From assembly GCF_009914755.1 (NCBI RefSeq), contig NC_060941.1: a stretch of DNA of 64,000 bases; one strand, written 5' to 3'. Below are positions 19,330 through 35,159 of this stretch, in pieces; position 1 is the first letter of the stretch; each line of letters starts with the position of its first letter. Origin of the DNA: the human T2T-CHM13v2.0 reference genome, Homo sapiens. The translations under genes and the position numbers were made by a program. A model generated the notes under the pieces. It did not search any database and was not told the origin of the DNA. It saw only the letters and a list, made by a program, of their open reading frames with translations.

Positions 19330-20420
19330 ATGTTCCAGGGTGCTGTCCTCAAGCCTCACTCCTTAGGTTATTGGTTTTGCTAGCTGCACATTATTTAAAT
19401 ACTATCTTAACTCCCAAATTATCTCTAGCCCTGCCTTTTCCCCTTTACTTGAAATTTGTATATTTAGCTTCCCACATTATATTTTCTACCTAATGTTTAA
19501 AATGTATCTCAAACTTAACATGTCAGATTTCTCCCTAGAACCTGTGCCTTCTGCAGTGTTTCCCATATGAGTAAATGGTATCACCTACTTGCTTAGGACA
19601 AAAGCATTGGAGCCATTTGACTTCCATCAGACCCACGTTCACTCTTTCAGCAAATCGTAGACCCTGTCTTCAAAATATGTACTCAATCTGATCCCTTCTC
19701 ACTATTCCCACTGCTATACCCAAGTCCAAGCCACTGTCATCTTTTGCCTGTGCTACTGCAATAGGTACTAGAATGTAAGGCTGGAAGGCTGGGATTTTTG
19801 CCTATTCTACCCGTTGCCGTATCCTCTGCCCCTAGAACATTACTGTCATTACTAGGTGCACAGTAGGTATTTATTATATGAATAAATGGTCTCCTAATAG
19901 GTCTCTGTGTCCACTCTTGCCCCCCTGTAGTCTGTTCACACAGTAACCAGAGTGATCCTTGTAAAATATGAATCCAGTTCTGTCACTTTGCTTGTAATCT
20001 TCTACTGTATTCCCATCATACTTAAAATAAAATCTAAAATCTTTACTGTGGCCCAGAAGGCTACACCTGATCTAGCCACTTGCTACCTCTCCTACATCAC
20101 TTCCTACCCCTCTCCCTTTCACGCACGGCTCTCCAGCTACATTGGCCTCCTTGTCGTTCGCCAGTCACATCAGCTATATTCATTTTTACTGGAATGTTCT
20201 TCCCCCATAACTCACTTCCTCACTTATTCAGTGTTCTGCCTAAATGTTACCTCCTCAGAGAGGTCTTACTTAATTCCTCTTCTAATAATTGCACCTGCCC
20301 ATCCATATACCCCTATGCTTCTACTTTATTTTTTCATAGCTCTTACCATTAACTGATATTACATTACATGTTTAGTTGTGGGGTTGTTTTACCTTATGAC
20401 AAGAATGTATGTTTCATGAT
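19330..20420 (+). mobile_element. L2 with nested L2 3' end at about 19770-19885
   Basis: atctcaaacttaacatgtc, gtaaatggtatcacc, gtccaagccactgtcatc, aatgttacctcctcagagagg. Confidence 0.8.
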
Positions 20421-20834
20421 GTCAGATCTGATGATTTTTTAAATCAATTTACATTGTAACTATGTCAATATGCTGTGCTGCTCTGTGAATAAAAAATGGG
20501 AACAATATTGTTGAGGGATTTTTTAAAATTGGGAGCAATAAAACATCTATTTCACCTTTCATTTCTTGATATTCATGTCAAGTTAAAATGTGACTGTTAT
20601 AGTAATGACCAGGTAACTTGATGTCATATCTTATAACCCGAATATTTTTCAAGGACTCTGTCATTTCTACACAGCTACATTTCCTTGGATGATAAAATTT
20701 GTACTTGTTGTTCTTGAGATTCCGCATGTCACAGTGATTTCTGCATAAAGTCACAAGTCTATGGAGTGCACCTTACTTGTACATTACTGAATAACATAAT
20801 CTTAAGTAAATGAGTAGTATCATTGATTTAATTA

Positions 20835-21540
20835 AAGCAATATGGTGTAATAGAAAAGCCATTGAACCAGGAGGGAGAAAATTTGTGTTCTAGTTCCAAC
20901 TCTGCCACCTACCATTTTGTAAATTTGGATGTGTCACTTAACCTCTCTGAGCTTTATATTTTTCATAGGTAATAATAACTGACATTTATTAAATACCTAC
21001 TGTGTACCAATTATTGTACTAATTGTTTTACTTGCACTGTTTTGTTTAAGCTTCTTCACAACCCAGTGTAGTAGAGTTCATTCATATTCCAATTTTCAAA
21101 TAAGATATGGAAACACACTGCCAGAAAGTGATGGAATGGTATTCATATCCAGGCAGTCTGCTTTTATAATCTATGCTCTTAACAGCCACACCATACTGTT
21201 CCAGTGTAATGTGAAATAATAACACCTGACAGGGTTGTTGAAAGGATCAAGTTAAATCATGAATATGAAAGTACTTTGTAAGCTGTAAAATGTCATATAA
21301 ATAAAAAGTATAAAATAATATGCAGTATAGTTAGTATATAAATATATGCAGGAACTGTGTGATTTGGGGGAAATTACATCATAGCTTTCGTACTTTCATT
21401 GGTTTCATTTTCACATTTCTTAAGTGGGGGAAATAACATACATTATGCCTCTCATACCAGGTTGATAAGGAGTAAATGAGATAATATATAAAAATATTTT
21501 TAAATTGTTAAGCTTTATACAAATTTAAAATATTAATAAT
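20835..21540. mobile_element. Cluster of nested MIRs on both strands
   Basis: gtcacttaacctctctgagc; antisense MIR at 20975-21200; gttgttgaaaggatcaagtta. Confidence 0.7.
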
Positions 21541-22404
21541 GAAGCTAAATGATAGCCTTCTTGCAGTATAATATACACTGGAACTATCTTGGAACCACAC
21601 AAGAAAGTGGCTAAATTGATCATTTGAATTTCTGGTCTCAGGAAGATTATGAAGAAGTAGGAGGTCATGTTAATTTGGTGACTTTTTTCTGAGCTAAACA
21701 GTGTATTAACAAAGATAAACTGCTATGCTTAGGCAGATCATGTAGTGATGATATTCTCAAAATAGTAATGACAGAATCTAATGCAAGTCAGCGTACATCA
21801 TTTTTCTGCAAAAAAAACAAAGCATGAAAGTGATATTCACCTGACCCCTTTATTCTTTCAGTAGTTTCCAAGGTATTCAAATGGACCTTATGAATTTCCT
21901 CTTTAGCTTCTTATGTTGTGTATTTGTAGGACCTTTAAGAGATCCAGATTGGGAGCTTTCTTAGGATCCTTCTGGAGAACATTAAGGGCAATGGGAAAAA
22001 CACTGAAAGGTTTAGGAAGTGCAGTGGCTTAAATAGACGTCCATTTTAGCCTACAGCATGAAGAATAAATAGTTGTCTTTCTCTAGCTCATTAACTAGTC
22101 TCCTTAAGTAAATATGAGGCCTGCCTTTTAAGTCATAAGCCATGAACAATTTTCTGTTTTCTAAATGGCTTGATATTTAAGCTTTGCGTTTACAGTTAAA
22201 GCTTTTAAGATACACATTCTCTGATATGTGCTTTATTTTGCACAAAATAACTTAGAGTAAAAATAAGTAAGTGCTGTTTGGGCTTAACCTCCACATTGTC
22301 TATATTATGCATATAATATGATTTTCTTTCACAAAGAACAGAATGAGAATCTTAGAACAGAAATGAGTTGTTATAAAAGTAATAGATTCCTATCATAATA
22401 AAAC

Positions 22405-22714
22405 TTTTCTTCTTTTTTTTTTCTTTTTTTTTGAGACAGAATCTCACTCTGTTGCCCAGGCGGTAGTGCAGTGGCACGATCTTGGCTCACTGCAACCTCT
22501 ACCTCCTGGGTTCAATGATTCTCATGCCTCAGCCTCCTGAGTAGCTGGGAGTAGAGGCATGCACCACCACACCCAGCTAATTTTTGTATTTTTAATAGAG
22601 ATGGCATTTTGCCATGTTGGCCAGGCTGGTCTCAAACTCCTGGCCTCAAGCAATCCGCCTGCCTCAAGCCTCCCAAAGTGCTGGGATTACAGACATAGGC
22701 CACCATGCTGGGCC
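22405..22714 (-). mobile_element. AluS/J
   Basis: Full antisense Alu; TSD taaaacttt. Confidence 0.9.
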
Positions 22715-23559
22715 TAAAACTTTTGCAATATGGAATGACTATAGCTATATCTAATGTAAAAGACCTGAGTACAGTTCATCTACTCACATGTGTCTCAGAC
22801 TGGGAGTGGGAGGTTAAAAATCGTTTGCCACATTTCTAACCTGAAGGATTCCAATTCCAATTCAATAAGTCTGGAGTGGGGGCTCAGTATCTGTCAATTT
22901 TGTAAGAGAGCTTGCATGTTTGTTTTTTCCATGTCACAAGTGATATTACTGTGTGCCTAGTTAGGAATAATTGCTCTGTAAGGGAAAAAAGATTTTAAGG
23001 TTAAAAAAAAAAAAATCATTGCTCTGGTAGACCAGCATCATATTATAAAAATAGAGATTTTAAAAAATTGAAACTCTCCTCTTCTCTGGAGAGATAACAT
23101 ATAGTAGAAGAGAAATTTGGATACGTTTGAGAGCTTACTGTGTTGTTAAGAAAAATTAGATTCTAATATTATTGATATGATTGAAAAGATTTACTTGGTT
23201 GGAGGGTAATGAGAATGTCACTTGTTTTTGGTTGAGTCAAATTTATCTTTTGTAACCTGGTTATAGTATTTAAATTAAAATCAAAACCTAGATTCAACAG
23301 AGATGATTAAACACAAGGGACTGCATCTAGGAATCATCTTAGGATGAGTCGAAGAGCCTTAATATTCTCATAGCTAGTTATCAACACATTTTCCAGTTAT
23401 TAAATTTTAGCAGAAAGAGTATGAATAGAGACTCTATTTGTAAAGAAGTTGAAAGGCTTCTTTTAAATTTAACATTTAAAGATGTTAAATTTATCATTAG
23501 TGCGTCTTCAAGTAATTTTGCTGCTGATCACTTAATAATTTTAAAAACGATAAAATGTT

Positions 23560-23887
<328 letters not shown>

Positions 23888-24292
23888 TTATTCACTATTG
23901 TAGTAATTTATTTGTGTAGAAAGAGTTGAAGAAAAGTGAATTGTCATTAAATTAGGTAAATCAGAATATATTACCACCAACCTTTTTAGTAATTATTCAT
24001 TCCTTCACATCAAAACTTAAAAAGTAAATAGCTTCAAGTGTAAGAATCATTCAGGATACAAAGTGATCTCAGGCTGTAATGCTGTTACAGAGAAGTTATT
24101 TAGGTTTGTATTAAACTAATATTAATTCTATTTTATTAGACAAACTTTTAGAATAAGGCATTTTTCTCTGCATTCATGTATTGTCTCTGGACAGCTGCCT
24201 ATGTATCGAAAAGACACTTCCTTGCATTAAGAACTTTATTTCTTCCCAGCTGTAGAGATTTTTTTTTTCCCTTCCATCTAAAGAAAATTATT

Positions 24293-24600
<308 letters not shown>

Positions 24601-24987
24601 AGAAAGAAAATTATTAACAAGGCAAAGTTCCAGGTCTTCCAAAAAGTTTTATTGATTGCAAGGAAAACTTGCAATAGCAGGGAGAACTTGTGCTTAATAA
24701 AAAATTTCTCTATTCTATTAATGAATGGCAGTGATAGGGTACTTGTCACTGGAAATTTTGTAGGCAGAAAAACTGGCAACAGTCTCTGTTAATGTTAAGT
24801 TCATCAAGTTTCACATTAATTTGTAGACCCCAAAGTCCTTATCCGAGAAAGCAAAAACAAATAGAGCCTAATAGATGTAAAAGCTATGCATGTAGTTTTT
24901 TTTTTCATCAAAGCATTTATTTTATCTTAAAATATACTTTAACAGCTGATCAGGTTATCTTACTTATTCATGATTCCAATTTTTCAG

Positions 24988-25174
24988 ACCTCAGCAATCA
25001 CCCAGCGGATAAGTCCTTGTTCCACTCTGACTAGCAGCACTGCCTCTCCACCAGCCAGTAGCCCCTGCTCTACACTCCCACCCATCAGTACAAATGCAAC
25101 TGCCAAGGACTGCAGCTATGGGGCTGTTACTAGTCCAACCTCTACCCTTGAAAGCAGAGATAGTGGCATCATTG
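24988..25174 (+). CDS. TANC2: TANC2 coding exon B (187 nt, phase 0 to 1)
   Basis: Acceptor tttttcag, donor TTG|gtgagt; [62 protein letters not shown], in frame with exon A. Confidence 0.95.
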
Positions 25175-27429
25175 GTGAGTTGGTTTTTATATTGATAATT
25201 TTGTGTCCTTTTTTTCCTTTTTAAAATAATTACACAAGCTTAAGGTTTTTAAAAATTCTGCTTTTGAATTGTTGAGATGTATATATAAAACTTTCCTGGT
25301 CTTTTTAATGATGCTGGAGAGAGAAACCTAAGGGTAAACAAAATGAAAGGTATTCCTCCCTACTTAACCACTCCTTATCAGGATATTCCCTGATAAGAAG
25401 GAGTGGATTTAAAAAAAAAACTTCTGTCCACTTCTTCCTGTAAATGCACGTACATCAACTATCTACCAACAGAAGTAGTTCAGAAAAAGTTCATTCCTTA
25501 CTGGTATAGTCGAGAGTTTTATGAAAGAAAGGTGAGATTAGATTAAGTGGCGAAAGAGTTATGATTTGAGTTGTTCTGGGTCTATTTGTGCAAACCATAT
25601 ATTAGTTATTTAATTAGTTTTGGGAGCCCCTTTAGACTTTGTTTTTCTTCTTGTCAATAAGACAGCCCTGTTTTTTACCTTCTGCAAAGTAGAAAAATGG
25701 TATTTCTTTGCTTATGATTTGAAACCTTATACGAATACATTTTTATGGCAAGCTTGGGCATAAAGAGAACTTGAAACTTAGAAGTATTCAAGCAAAGAAA
25801 TTTTCCATTTAATTTTCCCCTCGTGAATTTTCTTATACCTTTTTTTTTTTTTTTTACCAAAGATCCTAGTTGACTACTTAGTCCTAGAAATATTTCTAAA
25901 TAATCTTCAACCCAATTAGCAGTTTGCAGCAGAAACTAAAACCACTCTGATAAAGGCAATGCTGATTGGGACATTATGTAATTTATTATCTCCGGTAGAC
26001 TCTAGGTAAACATTTCATCAGAGCCAGACGTGGACTGTTGGAGGCTCATTCATGTTCAGGAGATAGGCCATCATCATTTATATGTATTGTTATGATTCAA
26101 CACCTCTTGCTATGAAAATCATAGGATATTTCTAGCTCAGGAAATCTTTCATCATATTCAAAATTTTGAGTGATCTTTCTTGAGTAATATTTCCTATTAA
26201 TGCATTTTGACAACTAGAAAATATTAAAGTATTGTGATTACTCTTTGGGACACTGTTCTAATGCTCTTCTTATAGTTAGGTATGGAGATAAGAAGAGTAG
26301 GGGAAGAACATAGTTCTGGAGCTTCTCAGTTTTTATGGCTATCAAGTTGTATAATGATTCAGACATTGAACATTATTCTATACCATTGTCATTTACAAAA
26401 TGCTAAAAAAATTGCATTTCCTTTAATAATGGAGTTACCAATAGACTCCTTTTGACAAATAAGTCTGTGTACATTTTCTAGTCAGAAATAAGAATTTAAG
26501 AATAGTATAAAACTATATATTTATACTCTGTGAGAAGATAAAATGGAAATTGGGCTTCTGTCCAAAACATAAATGGCATTTCTGGGTATTCCTTTTCTAC
26601 CTAACAACCAGATGATGACAGTGTCATAGCCTCCAGCAGCTTTATGTAGAATAAAGAAGAGGAAAGAACATAGGTGGTAATAAGAATAATTTTAATTAAA
26701 AGTTATTTATGGCTAGGTTTCTCTTCAGACTCCCAAAATTATAGTATATGCCAACCCCAATTAAGTATTTAGGAGCAGAGCATAAATGGGGAATGAATGT
26801 GTTCCATCATCTATGATATTGCACATGTGAATGTATGGGCTTATATTTATACATAGGTAGACAAAAGTGATTATGTTTTTTCCTCTATCGCTCTGGGCCC
26901 CAGGTGCAGAGAGCTGAATTAATAATACTCCTCAGTATATACAGATTGGTCTGTACAAAGCTCCTCTCAGTTTATTACTTTTCCCTTTATCCTCAATCCC
27001 ATTTCATTGCAGCCATACTATTATATTTATATAAGTCCTTGAATATTAATGTGTCCTTGAATATTAGATGTTGTTTTTTGTGTGTGTTTGTGATTTTAAT
27101 TTATAAAGTGGCATGTTAATACAGATCTTATATTCTGCTTTTTAAAATCTATATGAACACCAAATTTCTTGCTTCTGATGATGTAAATATTCTTCACATT
27201 TTACCTGCGAACACTTAGGTTGCTTCCAACTCCTCTACCATTTGTACAAACCTTTTCTGGAGTTTATACCTAGGACTGGAATTACCGAGTCATGGGGCAT
27301 ATGATTATTTAACTTCATGAAATACTCCCAGATTATTATCCAGAATAGTTACAGTAATTCACATTCTCATCAGCAGTATATAAAGCTTCTTTTCCCTTTT
27401 CTCGTTCTTTGTTGACACTAGCTAGCCCA

Positions 27430-27721
27430 GTTCTAAAATCTGAAAACTCTTAAAACCGTAAGTTTTTTAAAATATAAATTTACATCAAATTCATTTGGCT
27501 GTAAAATCTTACCTGAGCTAAGATGAGGCTACTTACAATCTTTATCCTACTAAATATGAATATCTATACATTTTATTGTAGAAATGTTAATATACTCGGT
27601 TACAGGATACTATTCCCTGTGCCATATACAGTATCTGTGCCTTTTTACTTTTTTAAAATATGAGACATTCTGTATTTTGAAACACATCTTCAGAGTTTCA
27701 TATATGCGATTATAGACCTGT
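27430..27721 (-). mobile_element. TcMar-Tigger-derived element (MER46C-like)
   Basis: ttcatttggc..aaaatcttacctgagct..tgaggcta; end gaaacacatct..gattatagacctg. Confidence 0.6.
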
Positions 27722-28695
27722 GTCATCTGACTTTCTGATTTTAGTAAATCTGATGGTTATAAAATTGTCTCATTTTAATATGCATTTCTTTGATTAGTGT
27801 AGAGGTTCTGCAGCTCTTCATATGCTCACTGCCTATTGTATACTTGTTAAGGGAGTCATTCAAATGGAAATAGGTGAAGTTTTGGGAAAAGAATAATCTA
27901 AAGAAGGCAAATCCAAAGAGAAGAAAACAGAGGACTGAGCACAAAATCTTAGAGCACATTCAAAGAGCAGGGAATTGGAAGTGGGAGAAGAATGAGCCAG
28001 TGGACACCAAAAAAAAAGTAGTCAGATAAATAGGAGAAAACTTAGGGCAGTGCAATGCCACCAAAGCCAAGGGAGACACATGTTCCAAGGAAGGTGTGTG
28101 GAAAGGTTGCTTAACAAATGACGAAAGTTGAGAAGACAAAGGAAAATGAGGATGATTAAAGAATAAAAGTAAATATTTTTCCCACATTTGGCTTCCTTCT
28201 GTAGATATAAAAAATACATATTTATTTGTTTAGAAGTTGTGGCAAATGTTAATGCCGTGACTGCAAAGTGTATCCCTAACTTACATAAATGCACATCGGT
28301 GTGTGGATTCATTCATTTTAAATAAATACTGAGTAAATAAAAATATTTTTACAGCAAAGTTGCAGGATACAAAATCAACACCAAAACAAGTTGTATTTGT
28401 ATATCCTAAAGATGAAAAATCCAAAAAGAAAAATAAGGAAACAGTTTCATTACAGTGGCATCACAAAGAATAAAATAGGAATAAATTTAACCAAGGAGGC
28501 AAAAAAAAAAAAATTCTACATTGAAAACTGCAAAACATTGCAGAAGAAATTTTAAGACTTAAATGGAAAGATATACTGTCTTCATGGATTGGAAGACTTG
28601 CTATTGTTAAGATAACAATATTTATCAAAGCCATCTACAGATTCAAATCAATCTCACAATCCCAACAGTAGTCTTTGCAGAAATAGAAACATCCA

Positions 28696-28830
28696 GCTGG
28701 GAATAGTGGCGTGAACTTGTAGTCCCAGCTCCTTGGGAGGCTGAGGCAGGAGGATCATTTGAGCCAGGAGTTCAAGTCCAGCCTGGAAAACCTAGCGACA
28801 CTCTGTTTCTAAAAAAAAAAGAAAGAAAGA
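28696..28830 (+). mobile_element. FLAM monomer
   Basis: Single Alu monomer plus tail. Confidence 0.8.
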
Positions 28831-28873
28831 AAGACTCATCCTAAAGAAGAAAGAAAGAAAGACTCATCCTAAA
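28821..28873. repeat. 29-bp tandem duplication
   Basis: gaaagaaagaaagactcatcctaaa twice. Confidence 0.85.
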
Positions 28874-28986
28874 AGTCATATGGAATCTTAAAGGACTCTA
28901 AATAGCCAAAACAGTCTTGAAAAAGAGCAAAATTGGACGACTCACATTTCCTGATTTCAAAACTTATTACAAAGCTACAGTAATCA

Positions 28987-29376
<390 letters not shown>

Positions 29377-29554
29377 CTAAGACCATGTGGCATGGACAGT
29401 CTTTTCAACAATTAGCGTTAGGAAAATTGAATATTGACATGCAAAAGAATGAAGTTGGTCATTTACCATCTACCATATACAAAAATTAAAATGGATTAAA
29501 GACCTAAACATAGTAGTTAAAAACTGTAAAACTGCTCAAAATTTAACCAAGGAG

Positions 29555-29595
<41 letters not shown>

Positions 29596-29842
29596 CATAC
29601 ACCGAAAACTACAAAACATTGCAGAAGACATTTTTAAGACTTAAATAGAAAGACATCCTGTATTCATGGATTGGATATAGGAGAGGAACAGAGAACATAG
29701 GAGGAAATCTTTGGACATTGCATTTGGTATTGATTCCTTGGATATGAACCAAAAGCACAGGCAACAGAAGAAAATAATACATTGGACTTGACATAAATTT
29801 AAAACTTTTGTGCATCAAATGATACTATCAAGAGAGCAAAAA

Positions 29843-30141
29843 GGCCGGGCACTGTGGCTCACACCTGTAACTTTGGGACAGGTTACACAACTTTGGGAAG
29901 CTGAGGCAGGTGGATCACCTGAGCTCAGGAGTTCAAGACCAGCCTGGCCAACATAGCGAGACCCCCATCTCTACTAAAGATATAAAAATTAGGCATGGTG
30001 GCACAAGCCTGTAATCCCACCTACTCAGGAGGCAGGAGAATCACTTGAAGCCGGGAAGCAGAGGTGGCAGTGAGCTGAGATCACACCACTGCACTCCAAC
30101 CTGAGTGACAGAGCAAGACTTCATCTCAAAAAGAAAAAAAA
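29843..30141 (+). mobile_element. AluS
   Basis: TSD agcaaaaa. Confidence 0.88.
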
Positions 30142-31370
30142 GCAAAAAGACAACCCACAGATATTGGAAATAATGTATCTGATAAGGGATTAATATCCAA
30201 AATATATAAAGAACCCCTACAACTCAACAACAACAAACCATTTCAAAAATGGGAAAAAGACTTACATAGACGTTTCTCCAGAGAAGATATACAAATGGCC
30301 AATAGACACATGAAAAGATATTCAACATTACTAGTCATTAGGGAAACGCAAACCAAAACCACAATAAAACACTACTTTATACCCATTAGGATGACAATTA
30401 TAAAAAGAAAGTGGAACATAACAAGTGTTGGCAAGGACGTGGAGAAATTGGAACTCTCATACATTGCTGCTGGGAATGTAAATGATGCAGCTGCTGTGGA
30501 AAAGAGTATGGCAGTTCTCCAAAAAGTTCAACATAGAATTGCCATATGATCCGGCAATTTCTCTTCTAAGTATATACCTGAAAGTATTGAAAGGAAGGAT
30601 TTGGACAGATACTTGTATGCTGATGTTCATAGTGGCATTTTCACAACGGCCAAAAAGTGGAAATAATACAAATGAATATGGACAGATGACTGGACAAACA
30701 AAATATGATATATACATGCAATGAAATATTATTCACCTTAAAAAGAAATGAAATTCTGATGTATGCTACAACATGGATGAACTTTGAAAATGTTATGCTG
30801 AGTTAAGCCAGACACAAAAGGATTGTATGATATATATGGTTCCACTCATATAAATGGAATACCAGAGTAGCTAAATCATAGAGACAAAAAGTAGAATAGA
30901 GAGTACTGAGTGGGGCTGCAGCGGCGTGGGGAGTTGGTGGGATGTGGAAATAGGAAGTTATTGTTTAATGGATACAGAATTTCAGTTGGGGATGATGAAA
31001 AGTTCTAGAGATGGATAATGTTGATGTTTGTACAACATTGTGAATATACTTAGTGCCCCTGAATTATACACTTAAAAATGGCTAAAATAATTTTATGTCG
31101 TGTATATTTTACCACAGTAAAACATTTTTAAAAGAATATTTATTAATATGTATATGGTATAGACAATAAGAATATAGCAAATACCTGACTACCTCTCTTA
31201 CCCTATAACAAAAATGACCTGTCTTATATGCTAAAGCCTTCTTCTGTATCTCTTCCCATTTCTCTATTCATACCCTACCCTGAGAGGTCATCTGAATTTT
31301 GTGATTATCATTCCAGTACTTTCTTTCATGATTTTGCCACATTTGTATCCCTAAATAATTTATTATTTAG

Positions 31371-31734
<364 letters not shown>

Positions 31735-32534
31735 ACAAATTTCTTTTGTGCTTACTGTTATGTACCTCAGATACATTCATGTTGTTGCATTTTAGTCTGC
31801 TTGTTTTTATTGCCATATCATATTCTACTGTATGAATATAGCACATTTGTTTATTCATTCTGTTGATGAAAAGTTGAGTTGTTTCCAGATTTTTGCTCTT
31901 GCAAATAGTGCTGCTGTGATTATTCTTGGGCTTGTGTCGTTAGTCATATGTATGATTCGGAATGTTAGAAGTGAAATTGTCAGATTATTAGAAATGTGTC
32001 TCTTTCAACTTTATAAAATAATTTCATCTTTTATGAAACTATACCAGTTTATACTGCCACTAGCAATATACTATAAAATGTTCCATTTGCTATAGATCTT
32101 TCCCATGTTTGATATTGTCAGGCTTCATTTTGCCAATCTGGATGATATGAAAGTTATCTAATTGTGATATTAATTTGTGTTTTCTTGATTACTGATGAGG
32201 TTAAACAATCTTTTCACATGTTTATTAGCCAATTAGGTTTCCTCTTTTGTGAAATACCTGTTCAAGTTTTTGCTCATTTCCTAATGTGATTTTTCTTTTC
32301 CTTACAGATTTGAAGGAAATCTTTATTTTTTAATAGGAAGCCTTAATTTTAATGTAGTCAAGTTTTTTTGTTTTTTCCTTTGTATTTTATATTTTTGTGA
32401 AACTTTGCTTTGTCATTTAAGTCCTTAAAATCACCTAGAATTGGTACAAGAGTACAAATTTATGTTTTTCTATACAAATAACTAGTTCCATTACCATGTT
32501 CGCATGCAGTGTATTGCTGCCAAAAGCATAAATG

Positions 32535-32586
32535 TCTAGGTCTTTTTCTGAGCTTTTATTCTAGGTCTTTTTCTGAGCTTTTATTC
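32535..32586. repeat. Perfect 25-bp tandem duplication
   Basis: tctaggtctttttctgagcttttat twice. Confidence 0.9.
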
Positions 32587-33225
32587 AATCCATTGGTAAA
32601 TCAGTCTCTCCTTATAACAATATTGTACTGTCTTAATTACAACCGCTATAAGTCTTGATACTTGGTAAACAAAGTCCCCTAACTTGATCATCATCTTGAG
32701 GATTCTCGGCTATTCTGTACCCTTTCTTCTCCCAAATAAACTTAAGAATCAATTTGCCAAATTCATGAAGAACCCCTTTTGAGATTTTTATTAGAATTGC
32801 ATTGAAACCATAGATCAATGAGTGATGAATTTACAACTGTTTCCAATATTAAATCTTCTAATCCAGGAATATATTTTTTATCTCTTTCATTTAGAGCTTC
32901 TTTAGTATCTTTCAATAAAATGTTCTAATTTTTCAATAGGGTCTGGTATATCCTTTCAAAGATCTTTTTTCCTAGATGCTTTATATTTTTATGCGTTTGT
33001 CAGTGTTATGTCTTTTTCATTATACTTCTTACCTATTGCATAGAAATATGTAGAGATTTGTGTATTGTATTCAGCACTGCAGCAAAGTCTCTTATTAAAT
33101 AATTTATAGTTTTTTTGTGGTTTTCTACATATACAACCATATTGTTTGCAAATAATGACTTTTTATGTTTTCCTTACCTATCCTTATATCATGTATTATT
33201 TATTGATTGATTGATTTCTTCCTAA

Positions 33226-33532
33226 TTTTTTTTTTCAATTTTTTTGAGACAGAGTCTCTCTGTTTCCCAGGCTGGAGTGCAGTGTTGCAATCTTAGCTCA
33301 CTGCAACCTCCACCTCAAACTCCTGCTGAAGTGATCCTCCCTCTTCAGTCTCCCAAGCATCTGGGACTACAGGCGCATGCCACCACACCCAGCTAATTTT
33401 TGTATTTTTTTTTGTAGAGACAGGATTTTAACATATTGCCGAGGCTGGTCTTGAACTCCTGGGCTCAAGCAGTCCGCCCGCCTCAGCCTCCAAAAGTGCT
33501 GGGATTACAGGCATGAGCCACTGCACCCGGCC
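33226..33532 (-). mobile_element. AluJ
   Basis: Antisense Alu. Confidence 0.88.
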
Positions 33533-33636
33533 ACACTTTTTTTTTTTCCTTGTTGTACCAGCTAATTCTCTGGCACATTGAATTATAGTGATGGAAGCAG
33601 TCATCTTTATCTTGTAACTGATTTTTAAAGGAATCC

Positions 33637-33952
<316 letters not shown>

Positions 33953-35159
33953 TAAAGGAATGCTTTCAGTATTTCGCTATTAAGTATTATGTTCCTGTAG
34001 ATGTTTGTAGACATCATTATCAGGTTTTTAAAATGTTTATTTCCAGTTTGTTATGTATTTTTAACCATAAACGAATATTAATTTTTTTCAAATACTTTTA
34101 CAAATATCTTTTGAGGTGATGAAATAGTTTTTCTCCTTTATTCTCTCAATGGTGTAAACTACATTAATTTTTCAAATGTTAACCTGATTTTGCATTCCTA
34201 GAACCACGTGTAGTTATGATACATTTTTAAATAAATCAACTTATTTTCTAACACTTTGTTTAGGATTTTTGAATCTATATCCATGAGTGAGATGTGCTTG
34301 AAAGTCTCCTCTCTGGTTCTGCAATTGTCAGGTTTTGCTATCAAGGATTATGTTAGCCTTATAAAATAGGTTGAGCTCATCCAAATATAAATACTCCCCA
34401 AGGCTGACTCTCAGCCTTTCTATTGTCATCTTTCTCAGTCTGCTTTCCCTGCTGGGATGACTCTCTCTGTTCCTTGACTCCTATTTCGTATTTCGAGCTC
34501 TGATTTTTGGTTCCACAATTTCTCTGTTTATTACATTCTTTTCATCATGGACACATGTCCAGGAATAATCACACAAACCAAATCTTACTTTCTTCATGAA
34601 GCAGACTCTGATTATCCCTCCCTTCTCTGGATTTCCGCACTATCTACCTCCCTCCTCTACACTTATGAGACTCATTGCCAATAACCAGTATAGTTACTTA
34701 TAGTTATATATTTATTTTCTTTATGTAAGCTTCTTAATGTCAAGATTTATGTCTCCTACTTTTTATTTACTCTCGGGATTTAGCATAATATCTAAATTGT
34801 GGTTTATGTAAGAAGTCTTTATAGGGATATAATTATTAAATAACTAAACATTTTGAGTAAATAACATAGAGCAACACAATGTGATAAAGAGTAACCTTTT
34901 TTTCTATCCTCTGAAATAGTTTGTGGAAGATTGGAATTATCTGTTTCTTGAATATTTAGTCAGATTTGCTCTTAAAATAATCAGGGCACTGTCTTCATGC
35001 AATAAATGCACATTTCAATTTTAACTACTGTTTCTATGTATTATGTTTAATACTATAGAACATTTTAGGTTTTCTTTTTCTTTTTGAATCAGTTTCCTTG
35101 TAGTTTTTAATCTTTTTAAAATTTTTTAGCATAAAATTATCCAAAATATCCTTTTATAA

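Noticed and set aside
19952-20356. 134-aa hydrophobic ORF
   Set aside because: Lies within an L2 remnant; no splice or start support
21841-21878. Strong acceptor (ctgac branch, pyrimidine tract, cag/tag) with nearby AAG|GTATTC
   Set aside because: Resulting 8- or 11-nt exon is frameshifting or starts with TAG and the donor is weak; such pseudo-acceptors are common
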